From a virus: 23,700 nucleotides of DNA. Position numbers and translations under genes: made by a program. Position 1 is the stretch's first letter, and every line of letters begins with the position of its first letter. The stretch is taken from the UHGV virus genome UHGV-0302543; one strand, given 5' to 3'. The notes below the pieces were generated by a model that saw only the letters and a program-made list of their open reading frames with translations, had not been told where the DNA came from and did not search any database. Below are positions 1 to 8,726 of the stretch, piece by piece.

Positions 1-136
1 TGGACAGCAACTCCGGCACCGTTTCCACATCCGCACCACCGGTGAGTCCCGTGCCGGTGACCGTGGCTGTCTGGTTGATGCCCGCCTGTGGTGTGATAAA
101 GGACAGGCGGGTTCCGGTCGGGGTATTTCCGGCGCG
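1..136 (-). CDS. baseplate J-like protein (Mu gp47-like), internal portion continuing beyond the window start
   Basis: Minus-strand frame reads RAGNTPTGTRLSFITPQAGINQTATVTGTGLTGGADVETVPELL, resembling the IPAGT region that follows the RKPA motif in baseplate J proteins; partial at window edge. Confidence 0.35.
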
Positions 137-142
137 CCCCGC

Positions 143-430
143 ACTTTCCCACTGGCGCAACTGATCACACAGACACAACAGGATATCAGCCAGCGCCTGC
201 CCGGTTCGCAGCCGGGCGTGAATGAAACCACCCTGAATGCCATTGCGTATGCACAGGCGGGGCTGTCAGCACAGGAGCATGAACATCTGGCCTGGATCTC
301 CCGGCAGATAATTCCGACAGAAGCTGATGAAGCCGAACTCCTGAAACACTGCGCATTCTGGGGTGTCATCCGTAAACCGGCTTCCCGCGCTGACGGACCG
401 GTACAACTGATGCTGACCACGGATGCAGGG
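143..430 (+). pseudogene. baseplate J-like (gp47-like) N-terminal region lying on the plus strand, opposite to all flanking tail genes; no canonical start
   Basis: Plus frame (track ORF 218..460 and upstream in-frame codons) reads TFPLAQLITQ...LPG...LNAIAYAQAGLSAQ...EADEAELLKHCAFWGVIRKPASRADGPVQLMLTTDAG, matching the baseplate J N-terminal signature; upstream in-frame codons contain no ATG/GTG/TTG. Confidence 0.45.
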
Positions 431-789
431 ATGCGATCATGCCCCACACGCATGGCATGACATACCACGGATGTGGCAGCACCGCTTTTATGCAGCCACG
501 CCAGCGCTTCATCAGCATAGGCCTGTGCACGGCTGACCACGGAGGACAGCGTCTTTTCACGGCTTAACAGCCAGAGACGGGAGCCAACGGGGCGCTCCCG
601 GAAACTGTCTCCCCACCATCCCCGCCTGTCACGAGTGCCGTCAGGGATTTCATCAGAATCCAGCGCCCGCCTGTCCGTAAACAGCGAAATCAGAACGGCC
701 GTCAGCAGACTGTCATCCGTCAGCAGGTCGGCACCGTTCAGTTGCAGCGAGCCGCACCCCTGATCCCATACAATTGCAATATCAGCCAT
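431..789 (-). CDS. Mu gp46-like baseplate protein; 3' end unresolved (no in-frame stop before the window start)
   Basis: ATG at 787-789 overlaps the gp45 stop (ATGGCTGA); translation MADIAIVWDQGCGSLQLNGADLLTDDSLLTAVLISLFTDRRALDSDEIPDGTRDRRGWWGDSF... is protein-like for about 120 codons, then degenerates into Cys/Arg-rich antisense-like sequence. Confidence 0.6.
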
Positions 790-1396
790 TCTCCGGTGCT
801 CCTGTCTTACTGCCTTTGCCGTTATCCTGATGCACATGACCGGAATACCGTATCCCTGCAATAACGGCATCCGACATTGTGAACAGTCCCTGAGATTTCC
901 CCGTACCATCAAGCGCGAAATTCCCCTTAACATGCAGGTTTTTATCCACCGTCACATTGCCCGTAAAGGTGGCTTCCGGCGTATCCACCCGCATCCCCTC
1001 GTCGGCGTAAATCTCCAGCATTTTGCATGTCACAATAATGCGACCATCCTTTGTTAACCGTATCCGGTGCCCCTCATGGTGATACACCCCCGTATCTCCG
1101 GCTTTGAGTCCGGTCGGACGGCTGCGCCGGTCTTCCACCACAAGCACCACAGTCTGATCCCGCTGTCCGCCCAGACAGGCAAAAAAGGTTTCTGCACCCG
1201 GCAGGGGAACGCTGATCTGCCCGTACTGCTGGGGGCGCTCCACATCATCAAAGGTTTCGCCGTCCATGCCGGTGAGCTGCACATTCTGCATTTTCAGTTC
1301 GTCATGTGTGCCGGTCAGAACGCCCCGGCCAAACAGCAGGCGAATACCGCGCGTTACCGGGGCAATCAGGCGGCTGAACACTTCATCATTCATCAA
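782..1396 (-). CDS. baseplate spike/assembly protein V (Mu gp45-like, gpV family)
   Basis: 204 aa; position between gp44 and gp46 homologs; gpV-like composition. Confidence 0.75.
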   Translation of the reverse strand: MMNDEVFSRLIAPVTRGIRLLFGRGVLTGTHDELKMQNVQLTGMDGETFDDVERPQQYGQISVPLPGAETFFACLGGQRDQTVVLVVEDRRSRPTGLKAGDTGVYHHEGHRIRLTKDGRIIVTCKMLEIYADEGMRVDTPEATFTGNVTVDKNLHVKGNFALDGTGKSQGLFTMSDAVIAGIRYSGHVHQDNGKGSKTGAPENG

Positions 1397-2510
1397 AGCT
1401 GATCCCCTGTTTTTTCATCTGCTGGCGAATAAAGGCATCAACATCGTCACCGGAACCACCCCGGCCCTTACTGTCCGGCTCTGCCGGAACGATAAAGCCG
1501 TCACGCGGTGCCAGTACCAGCCGGGTGACTTCCCCGTTCTGTTCATCCAGTAAAAACTCCACCTGACAGACCAGCAGTTCAGTCTGTTCTATACCGAAAC
1601 GCTGGGCCGAAACACCGGTCAGCAGATTGACATCCCATAACCGGCCATCATCCCGGAACCAGCCACGCACGGTGGCAGAAAACCGTTCTGAACGGGCAAT
1701 CGCACGGCGCATTTCACGCAGGGCACGCTGCCGTGCACCGGTGGTGTCTGTCTGTTGATCGGCGAGGATGATTTTCGGCCGGTAGCGGCCGATCTGCTCA
1801 TCACTGATGACGCCCACAGGTGCTGCCAGCCGGGCGGCGGACTCGCTGTCTCCCCGTTTGCCACCACCGCGCCCGTGTCCCCGGACACGGTATTCACTGT
1901 ATCGTCCTCGCCAGTCCGTGTTGTAATCGGCATCAAGCAGGTTATCTCCCAGCACCAGTCTGTCCGTCTGCTGGCTTCCTGCCTGGGTGAACACCAGATC
2001 GCCGTCAGCATTACTGGTCACCAGCACCCCGCGATGCCGGGCAGAACGGGTCAGCGCATCCGCCACGGTTTCTGAGTTTTCCAGCGTAAAAGAGCTGAAA
2101 GGGCGTGCAGCCGTGTCGTCGTTAACCTGCCAGCGCACAGCTATCCCGAAGGGCGCACATAAATCTGCGGCAATCTGTGCCAGCGTCCGGTTGCGCCACT
2201 GACTGCCGGGGTGGATGGCGGCACAGTCCACCAGATCGCCGGTTTTATCCCGGCCGCTGATGCTGATCTGATGACGGGTTGCACTGATCCGCTGACTGAC
2301 CTGATCCAGCCAGCCACTGATGACCGTCTGCCCGTTAATTCTGAGCGTCAGGGACTGACCGGTCCGCATGGCTGAGGGGATGCGCTCACCGGGCAGCATC
2401 AGCCCCAGTTCAAACGACCCGGCCAGATGCTCCAGCGAGCGACGGACGCTGACCGTCAGCCAGCCGGAAAAAATACTGCCACCGATATACAGTTCAATCC
2501 TGCTGCTCAC
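1386..2510 (-). CDS. baseplate hub protein (Mu gp44-like, P2 gpD-like)
   Basis: 374 aa, immediately downstream of the gp43 homolog; size and position match Mu gp44. Confidence 0.65.
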   Translation of the reverse strand: MSSRIELYIGGSIFSGWLTVSVRRSLEHLAGSFELGLMLPGERIPSAMRTGQSLTLRINGQTVISGWLDQVSQRISATRHQISISGRDKTGDLVDCAAIHPGSQWRNRTLAQIAADLCAPFGIAVRWQVNDDTAARPFSSFTLENSETVADALTRSARHRGVLVTSNADGDLVFTQAGSQQTDRLVLGDNLLDADYNTDWRGRYSEYRVRGHGRGGGKRGDSESAARLAAPVGVISDEQIGRYRPKIILADQQTDTTGARQRALREMRRAIARSERFSATVRGWFRDDGRLWDVNLLTGVSAQRFGIEQTELLVCQVEFLLDEQNGEVTRLVLAPRDGFIVPAEPDSKGRGGSGDDVDAFIRQQMKKQGISFDE

Positions 2511-3852
2511 TGATCACCTCCACGCTGCGGCCACCCGGAACAAAAACCGGATCGGGGATGTTGTTTCTGCGGACAAAATACTGCCAGCGGCGGCTGTTGC
2601 CGGTGGCACGGTACAGCGTGACCAGTGCCGGTTCGGTGGTTCGCACCATGACCTGAAAAGCACCGGGAAGATGAACACTCCGCGTGGTTAAATCTTCTGT
2701 CAGTGCAAGCCCTGCATCACGTAATGCAAGGGCGGTGCCGGTATGGCCCTGTGCGGACAGATCCAGTACCTGTTGTTCCATGGCATCACTCAAATCCCGG
2801 TTGATACGCTGCACATCGGCAGAACTTTCCAGCCAGGCCAGTCCACCCGCACGGTCAGTATCCTGAACGTGCGTTGTATTCTGCCGGATGACCTGATCCA
2901 GCAGTTTCCCGACCGTCTGCGCCTGCGACACCAGGGTTGCACTCTGCATGACGCTCCGCAGCAGACGGATATTTTTCTGTGCCGCAGGCGTCAGACCAAT
3001 CAGGCGCTGCGGATCATCCTGTTCGCTGAGGGTGTAACGCAGGGAAGAAAGTGTGCGGTACAGCTGCGGCATTGCCTGCTCTGTCATGCTGTCACGGTTT
3101 GTGGTCAGGCTGCCGGACGGCCTTCCTGTCTTCCCGGTCAGTGACAGGGAAGGATTGCCGGGCAGTCCGGTCAGCACAGCAAATATTCCGGCCAGAGATT
3201 CAGCCATGCGACGGGGCGCATTAATCAGGGCGGCGGCATTGCCTTTCAGGGCGGTAAAACTGGCCGTAAAGGCACTGACATCCTGCACAATCCCCATCCC
3301 TGAAACGGCATTCTCCAGCGCATCAATCTTATCGCTGATGGTGTCGGTCATGGCCTGTACATCATGCAGACCGTCTGAAATCACCGTCCAGCCGTCTGAA
3401 AGCGTGTTAAACAGCTGATTCATTGCTGAACCGCTTTTCTGCTCCAGCGCAGCTGCCGTATCTTCTGCCACCGAAGGGGCGGTATCGTCAATGGCGGGGA
3501 TCACGTTGATCGTGAACTCAACCGTTCCCTGCTCGCTGGCGTTATAACGGCTTTCAAAGCTGTTTATCAGCACGTTTAACGTGCCGTAATCCGGGTGCAT
3601 CAGTTCACCGGCACCGGGTGCACGCAGCGCATCACGCAGGCGGCTTCGCTGTGTCTGAAGATCGTCTCCGGTCACCAGAACCGTGAATGTGAACTCCGGG
3701 AGTTTTGGCCCCAGATCATCCGCACCGCCGCTTTCACGCAGTGGGTATTCACGGCGCACAATGTTACGTCCGCCCCGTTCCCGCTGCTCCTGATAAACCA
3801 GGAACGGTACGCCACGAAAGGAGCCACGCCCCGGCGTGTCAGTAGAGGCCAT
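2494..3852 (-). CDS. DNA circularization protein (Mu gp43 / P-like)
   Basis: 452 aa directly downstream of the tape measure gene; size, position and composition consistent with Mu gpP family. Confidence 0.65.
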   Translation of the reverse strand: MASTDTPGRGSFRGVPFLVYQEQRERGGRNIVRREYPLRESGGADDLGPKLPEFTFTVLVTGDDLQTQRSRLRDALRAPGAGELMHPDYGTLNVLINSFESRYNASEQGTVEFTINVIPAIDDTAPSVAEDTAAALEQKSGSAMNQLFNTLSDGWTVISDGLHDVQAMTDTISDKIDALENAVSGMGIVQDVSAFTASFTALKGNAAALINAPRRMAESLAGIFAVLTGLPGNPSLSLTGKTGRPSGSLTTNRDSMTEQAMPQLYRTLSSLRYTLSEQDDPQRLIGLTPAAQKNIRLLRSVMQSATLVSQAQTVGKLLDQVIRQNTTHVQDTDRAGGLAWLESSADVQRINRDLSDAMEQQVLDLSAQGHTGTALALRDAGLALTEDLTTRSVHLPGAFQVMVRTTEPALVTLYRATGNSRRWQYFVRRNNIPDPVFVPGGRSVEVISEQQD

Positions 3853-4642
3853 AGTTCCCTCCGTTCCAGACGTTCACATCCAGGCCATGCTGTGCGGTAT
3901 CATCCACATCAATACTGCGCGCCCGCCAGCCTTCAGGGGCCACAAGCTCTACCCGTGCGGCGGTTTTCGCGGTGGCCTGTCCGCCGTTTTCGTCACTGCT
4001 GCCACGCAGTTTCTGCCAGGCCTGCGTCAGCCAGCCCCCCAGATAATCACCGAGATAGCTGCCCACTGTGGAACCAATGGCAACCCCGACCGGACCGGCA
4101 GCCGCCCCCAGCGCGCCACCGGCGATACTTCCGGCAAGGGAACCCACGGCACCGGCTTTATCGGCTGCACTGGCGCTACTGTCCAGCAGTACAGGAGCCG
4201 CCATGGCACCGGCCCACAGGGCACCCCCACCCAGCCGACCGGCACCACGGAACAGCCCGGCAAAACGCCCCAGCCCCATGCGGTTTCCGGCCGCCGTTAC
4301 CAGACCACCGGCACGGCTCATCATACGACCGAAGAAGCCCTGTTTACCGGCGCTCTCCGCCAGCTGCTCACCGGCGGTCACGACGGTCGTGACACCCCGC
4401 CCGCGTCCGGGGCCGCGTTTTTTACGGCCGCGCACGGTTTTGCCGTCACCGCTGACCACCACATCCCCGCCGCCTGAGGCCAGGCCACCCGCAGGCCAGT
4501 TGGTGACCAGCACGGGCTGAACGGCAGCAGGATTTACCCCGGTAAGGAAATTCAGGAAGCGGCCAGCGCGTCCGGGCTGCGTTCCCGGCACAGTGGTCTG
4601 CGGTTTGCGGAAGGGCGACGTCAGCACGGAGGTCATCGCCAC
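3839..4642 (-). CDS. tail tape measure protein, C-terminal part (Gly-rich), separated from the N-terminal part by an inverted segment
   Basis: 267 aa; GTG start lies inside the left inverted-repeat copy; Gly/Ala-rich segment typical of tape measure C-termini. Confidence 0.7.
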   Translation of the reverse strand: MAMTSVLTSPFRKPQTTVPGTQPGRAGRFLNFLTGVNPAAVQPVLVTNWPAGGLASGGGDVVVSGDGKTVRGRKKRGPGRGRGVTTVVTAGEQLAESAGKQGFFGRMMSRAGGLVTAAGNRMGLGRFAGLFRGAGRLGGGALWAGAMAAPVLLDSSASAADKAGAVGSLAGSIAGGALGAAAGPVGVAIGSTVGSYLGDYLGGWLTQAWQKLRGSSDENGGQATAKTAARVELVAPEGWRARSIDVDDTAQHGLDVNVWNGGNYGLY

Positions 4643-4671
4643 AGTCTGAAAAAGAGCCTGAAAGGCTTCCT
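4625..4671. repeat. left repeat block in tape measure gene: 16-bp unit cacggaggtcatcgcc followed by 31-bp unit acagtctgaaaaagagcctgaaaggcttcct
   Basis: Exact reverse complements of both units occur at 4990..5036. Confidence 0.85.
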
Positions 4672-4989
4672 GGATTATGCTGATGCGGCACAGAAAAGCG
4701 GCTTACAGGATAAGCTGGCCACACAGACGGCCTCGGCCCTGAATCAGGGATTCGAGTATGCCAGAGACGCTGCAACCGGCTTTTACCGTGCCATTCAGAA
4801 AGTCAGGGAAACGCTTCAGGCACTGCGCGACGCCGGTTATGGCGATGCACTGGATCGTATTGGTCAGGGGGCGCAGACCGCCGCAAAATACCTGATGTAT
4901 ATGTATCTCGCCTCCCGCGCGCTGAAGGTGCTCAGGTTTGCGGGGGCGGGAGCATTACGTCTCGGCGCAACCCCCTTACGCTATAGTAT
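4672..4989 (+). other. inverted internal segment of the tape measure gene (coding sense on plus strand)
   Basis: Plus frame reads DYADAAQKSGLQDKLATQTASALNQGFEYARDAATGFYRAIQKVRETLQALRDAGYGDALDRIGQGAQTAAKYLMYMYLASRALKVLRFAGAGALRLGATPLRYS, helical and tape-measure-like, in frame with both flanking minus-strand parts once reverse-complemented. Confidence 0.75.
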
Positions 4990-5943
4990 GGCGATGACCT
5001 CCGTGAGGAAGCCTTTCAGGCTCTTTTTCAGACTGTCAAACGGTCCCTTTGCCATCACTTCACGGGCAAACTGATCCCAGACGTCGCCCATCATGGACGT
5101 CATTCCCGTCCAGGAATTCATGGCGTTTTTCTGGGCACCTTTTGCCTGTTCGGCCATCACCTGAAATAACAGGCGAATGCTGTCCGGCCCCAGTTTTCCT
5201 TTTTCGCCTTTCTCACGGATGAGCTTCTGGTTTACGCCCAGCTTATCGGCCAGTAACTGGTAAACGTTAATCCCGTATCCGGTCAGAATATTGGCGTCCG
5301 CTGCCTGGATACTCTGGCGGGCAAACATCTGTTTGAGTTGCAGGGACGCACCCTGTGCATCTGACAGTGACCAGCCGTGATAGCCGCCCTGATCCTGAAG
5401 CATGGTAATAAAGCGACGGGCTTCCCTGTCACTCATGCCAAACCCGCGACTGGAGGCGTATTCCTGCATAACCCCCGCCAGCCCCCAGGTGGTGTCTTTG
5501 GCGTTCTGTACTGCCCAGGCTTTCACTGCTTCCGTTTTTGCCTTATCGCCATGATTAATGGCGTTGAGACGCAGAATATAGTTCTCCATCTCTGCGGCCG
5601 GGCGGATAAAGGCTTTATTAAAACCGTAGACCGCAGCCCCTCCCGCCAGCATCCCGTAAAGGTTGCTTATCCGCCCGATGGTGCCGGTAATGCTGCCCTG
5701 CAGGCGGTCAAAATCTGACGTTACCGTGCGGATGCTGCCACGAACACCGGCAAGCGTTCGCTGCATACGGGAGCCGACAAGTTCTGTTTCCTGACCGGCC
5801 CGGCGGGCTGCATTTCCAAGACCACCCAGGCCTGTCCTGCCGGAACGGGAGAACGCCCCCAGCTCCTGTGACCACTGGCGGGATTTGGCGGAAATATTGC
5901 CGAGTAAATCGACAATCAGGGAGGCTTTCAGGTTTTTTGCCAT
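4981..5943 (-). CDS. tail tape measure protein, N-terminal part, truncated by TAG at 4981 just inside the inverted segment
   Basis: 320 aa, helical composition, immediately downstream of the chaperone gene. Confidence 0.7.
   Translation of the reverse strand: MAKNLKASLIVDLLGNISAKSRQWSQELGAFSRSGRTGLGGLGNAARRAGQETELVGSRMQRTLAGVRGSIRTVTSDFDRLQGSITGTIGRISNLYGMLAGGAAVYGFNKAFIRPAAEMENYILRLNAINHGDKAKTEAVKAWAVQNAKDTTWGLAGVMQEYASSRGFGMSDREARRFITMLQDQGGYHGWSLSDAQGASLQLKQMFARQSIQAADANILTGYGINVYQLLADKLGVNQKLIREKGEKGKLGPDSIRLLFQVMAEQAKGAQKNAMNSWTGMTSMMGDVWDQFAREVMAKGPFDSLKKSLKGFLTEVIAIL
4990..5036. repeat. right repeat block: ggcgatgacctccgtg followed by aggaagcctttcaggctctttttcagactgt
   Basis: Perfect reverse complements of the two left units, each inverted in place with order preserved. 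Confidence 0.85.
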
Positions 5944-6070
5944 GGGTTACTGCTTCGTTCTGAGAATTTTTTCGGTCTGTCGGCAGTGCCGGTAAAGCTG
6001 CGATAAGGGGAGGTTAAGCGCCCACTCCGGGCCGCTTTTTGTCACCATCCCCAGCACAATTGCGGCTTCT

Positions 6071-6547
6071 TCAATCTGATCCCGGCACTGCATCTGGTCG
6101 CCCCCGTTCAGCGACCAGCTTTCCTGCCATCGCGGAATCAAGCAGGCTTACCGCCGCCATCAGACGGGAGAGATCGCGCTCGCTGAGCTGTCCGATCTGA
6201 CGCGGAGATAATGGCCCCTCAATCTGGCCGACAGCGGCAATCTGACGGCGCAGCAGCGCAATGCCGCGCAGTGCCGGAGAGGCCACCAGAACCGGACCGT
6301 TTCGGGTTTCCATAAGACGCTCGGCCTCACTCTCCGCATCAATGCTGTCTTTCGCCGTCAGTTCGCGGAAGGTGACGCGGTATTCACGGGATTCACCGAA
6401 CGGCAGGCCGTCGAGCAGATCCACATAGCCGTTCACCAGCTGTTCAGCCAGCCCGGCGGTGCGGGGATCGCCGTCTTCAAGTGCATCCCGGATAGCCTCC
6501 ATCACGGCCTCGTCAGAAACCGCCGTTTTTTTCTTACGTGTGCTCAT
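6071..6547 (-). CDS. tail assembly chaperone (Mu gp41-like); overlapping ORF 5947..6141 may be a frameshift extension
   Basis: 158 aa between tube and tape measure genes; the overlapping ORF is in the +1 frame and ends 4 nt before the tape measure start; a G5 run (plus-strand C5 at about 6101-6105) lies in the overlap. Confidence 0.55.
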   Translation of the reverse strand: MSTRKKKTAVSDEAVMEAIRDALEDGDPRTAGLAEQLVNGYVDLLDGLPFGESREYRVTFRELTAKDSIDAESEAERLMETRNGPVLVASPALRGIALLRRQIAAVGQIEGPLSPRQIGQLSERDLSRLMAAVSLLDSAMAGKLVAERGRPDAVPGSD

Positions 6548-6561
6548 TACATTTTTCCTGA

Positions 6562-6927
6562 TTACTGGACACGGGTACTGGTGGCGCTGGCGAACTTCGC
6601 GGAGATATCACCGCCACCGTCAAGCGAGGCCGGTTCACTGCTCCAGGCCTTCGTCATCATGTGGACTTCACCGGTATCGGCCACAAACTCAATCGTGACC
6701 GCAGTCCAGGTGTTGATTTCATCGGCAGCCGGTGAACCTTCTCCGCCAGCCGGAAATTTACAGTCCAGCGTCGCCTCACGGGGTTTCTCGCGATAGCCAT
6801 AGACTTTCGCGCCTTTCACCACTTCACGCTCATAGCCGGACGGGGAGAACGTGGCCCCCTCAAGGGTGTCGTACTCCTGTCCGTTCACACGGATGGTGGC
6901 CGTGCCCTGATACTGTTTTCCGCTCAT
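6562..6927 (-). CDS. tail tube protein (Mu gp40 / M-like)
   Basis: 121 aa directly downstream of the sheath gene. Confidence 0.75.
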   Translation of the reverse strand: MSGKQYQGTATIRVNGQEYDTLEGATFSPSGYEREVVKGAKVYGYREKPREATLDCKFPAGGEGSPAADEINTWTAVTIEFVADTGEVHMMTKAWSSEPASLDGGGDISAKFASATSTRVQ

Positions 6928-6935
6928 GCCTTACC

Positions 6936-8438
6936 TCACAAAATGAAACGGATCTGTGCTGCCAGGAAGCGGAACTGGTTAACCAGATCCGGCGTGCATA
7001 ACACGTCAAGGCGGTTTCGATCTGACGTATTACGCTCCACAAGCAGATTCTTTTTAAACGTGTCCAGATTTTCGACCAGCCCGAGTTCCACCCACTCTTC
7101 ACCCAGCGAAATTAACTGAAGCTTCATGATCTCCGGCGTCACGATATTCTGACCGGCACGAACGGGCGTCCCGTCATCAGCCAGTTTATGGCGCGGAAAA
7201 CGTTGAGTGATGAAAGTGCGCAGGGAATAACGCAGATATGACAGGGTGTAGATGGTTTCCACATCCAGATAGCTGGGATCACTTTCGCCGTACACGTTCT
7301 GGCGATACATCGTCACCTGACGCTCAATCTGAACCATATCCCCGGCCGCCACACTGACCGTGGCAATCCCTCCCCACAGCAGACTGTTACGCTCTTCACG
7401 CGTCAGACGATCGGCCGGGGCCGGGGCCATGCGTGACGGAAGCGCCAGCGTCTGAAGCGGACGCGCAGGATCTGCTCCCAGAGAGGGTGCACAGGTGGCA
7501 CAGACCGCCGCTGCCCAGAGGTAATCCGGTTCAGGGGCTTTGGGAATGGATGTGCAGGTCGCCAGAAAATCATTGCGTTTTGCCCCGAATGCCTGCACCT
7601 CACCAAACGTGCCGGTATGTGCCAGCCACAGCACGCCGTCAGACATTTTGGCCGGTCCCCAGCGTTTCAGAAGTTCATCACTGATGATTTTCAGGTTTGC
7701 ATCGTCCTTGTAGGGCATGACAACATAGTTGTACTGGCGATCCCCCATTCCGGCCACACTTCGGGTGATATCGGGATTGCGGGCTCTTGAGGAGGGAAAG
7801 CCTGTCTGGGGCGTCAGCCCTGACGGCAGGGTTTCACCGTCGTGATAATTCAGGCGCAGATCGTGCACAGAGCATTCACCAATGAAGCGGGCGCTCACTC
7901 CCATACTTCCTTTCAGACCGCCTGCATTACTGCCATCAACAACCGCAGATACAGCTGTGAATGGCGCATCAGTATCCTTATTTATCAGGGCAACAAGCGC
8001 ATCAATGATAGCTTTTCCTTTTTGTCCGGCTTTTACGGGCAGCGCATAGCGTCGTCCACCAATATAGATGCAGAGCAAACCATCGGTCGCAGCCGTACCG
8101 GTAAGGTTAAAGGCGGCGGCATTTGCCCCGCCTGTTCCGGCCCCCTGCGCAATAGCATACAGTTCCGCATCAGGATTGATGGCAATAAATTCAGCCACCA
8201 TCAGAGCGATCATGGAGCCACGCCCCCAGAGCTCCACAGCCTGAGAGGCGCGAGTGATCCTGACCGGAACATCCAGCACACCGGTACCGTCCACAGCATT
8301 CTCTTTCATTCTCGCCTGACCAAACAGCAGCACACACTGACGCTGTGCCGGGGTGCCGGTGACCGCCATGGAGTTATTAAACTCAACCCCAATCAGCGGT
8401 ATACGGCGGTCATTACCGATCCCGTCAAAATTAATCAT
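6936..8438 (-). CDS. contractile tail sheath protein (Mu gp39 / L-like)
   Basis: 500 aa, sheath-like size and composition, upstream of the tube gene. Confidence 0.85.
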   Translation of the reverse strand: MINFDGIGNDRRIPLIGVEFNNSMAVTGTPAQRQCVLLFGQARMKENAVDGTGVLDVPVRITRASQAVELWGRGSMIALMVAEFIAINPDAELYAIAQGAGTGGANAAAFNLTGTAATDGLLCIYIGGRRYALPVKAGQKGKAIIDALVALINKDTDAPFTAVSAVVDGSNAGGLKGSMGVSARFIGECSVHDLRLNYHDGETLPSGLTPQTGFPSSRARNPDITRSVAGMGDRQYNYVVMPYKDDANLKIISDELLKRWGPAKMSDGVLWLAHTGTFGEVQAFGAKRNDFLATCTSIPKAPEPDYLWAAAVCATCAPSLGADPARPLQTLALPSRMAPAPADRLTREERNSLLWGGIATVSVAAGDMVQIERQVTMYRQNVYGESDPSYLDVETIYTLSYLRYSLRTFITQRFPRHKLADDGTPVRAGQNIVTPEIMKLQLISLGEEWVELGLVENLDTFKKNLLVERNTSDRNRLDVLCTPDLVNQFRFLAAQIRFIL

Positions 8439-8680
8439 TGCGGTTTCTCCTTATCGGATGCCGGTTGGGCGACCGGTTTTTCTGTCGCAGTCGTTGCATC
8501 CGCAGATACAGCCGGAGCCTCTTCAGCGGCTTTTTCAGCCTGAATGACATCGCCGTCATCAAGACGCCGACACCAGAACGGCGTGAAGGTTTTTTCCTCC
8601 CCCTCCTGTGCCAGCGGGCGCATTGTGTCGGGATCACGAATCAGGCGTCCCGGCGCGGGTTTGATAAAGATGGTTTTCAT
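8435..8680 (-). CDS. Mu gp38-like small protein (DUF2635-like)
   Basis: 81 aa starting MKTIFIKPAPGRLIRDPDT; GGAGGA RBS upstream; start overlaps the sheath start region. Confidence 0.55.
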   Translation of the reverse strand: MKTIFIKPAPGRLIRDPDTMRPLAQEGEEKTFTPFWCRRLDDGDVIQAEKAAEEAPAVSADATTATEKPVAQPASDKEKPQ

Positions 8681-8701
8681 TTACAGTTCCTCCGGCGGTT
8701 C

Positions 8702-8726
8702 GACCGCCGTTGTCGTGTTCCCCGGC
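8702..8726. repeat. left copy of a perfect 25-bp inverted repeat (gaccgccgttgtcgtgttccccggc)
   Basis: Exact reverse complement at about 9058..9082; coordinates +/-1. Confidence 0.85.

Noticed and set aside
366-560. Minus-strand 64-aa ORF and other short ORFs nested in the gp46/gp47 region
   Set aside because: Out of frame with the recognisable gp46 and baseplate J translations and compositionally non-protein-like.
3595-4392. Long plus-strand ORFs (e.g. 3595..4392, 7842..8543, 15207..15806, 17522..18115) overlapping minus-strand virion genes
   Set aside because: Arg/Pro/Cys/His-rich, low-complexity translations typical of antisense shadow ORFs in GC-rich coding DNA; no RBS and no gene-like context.
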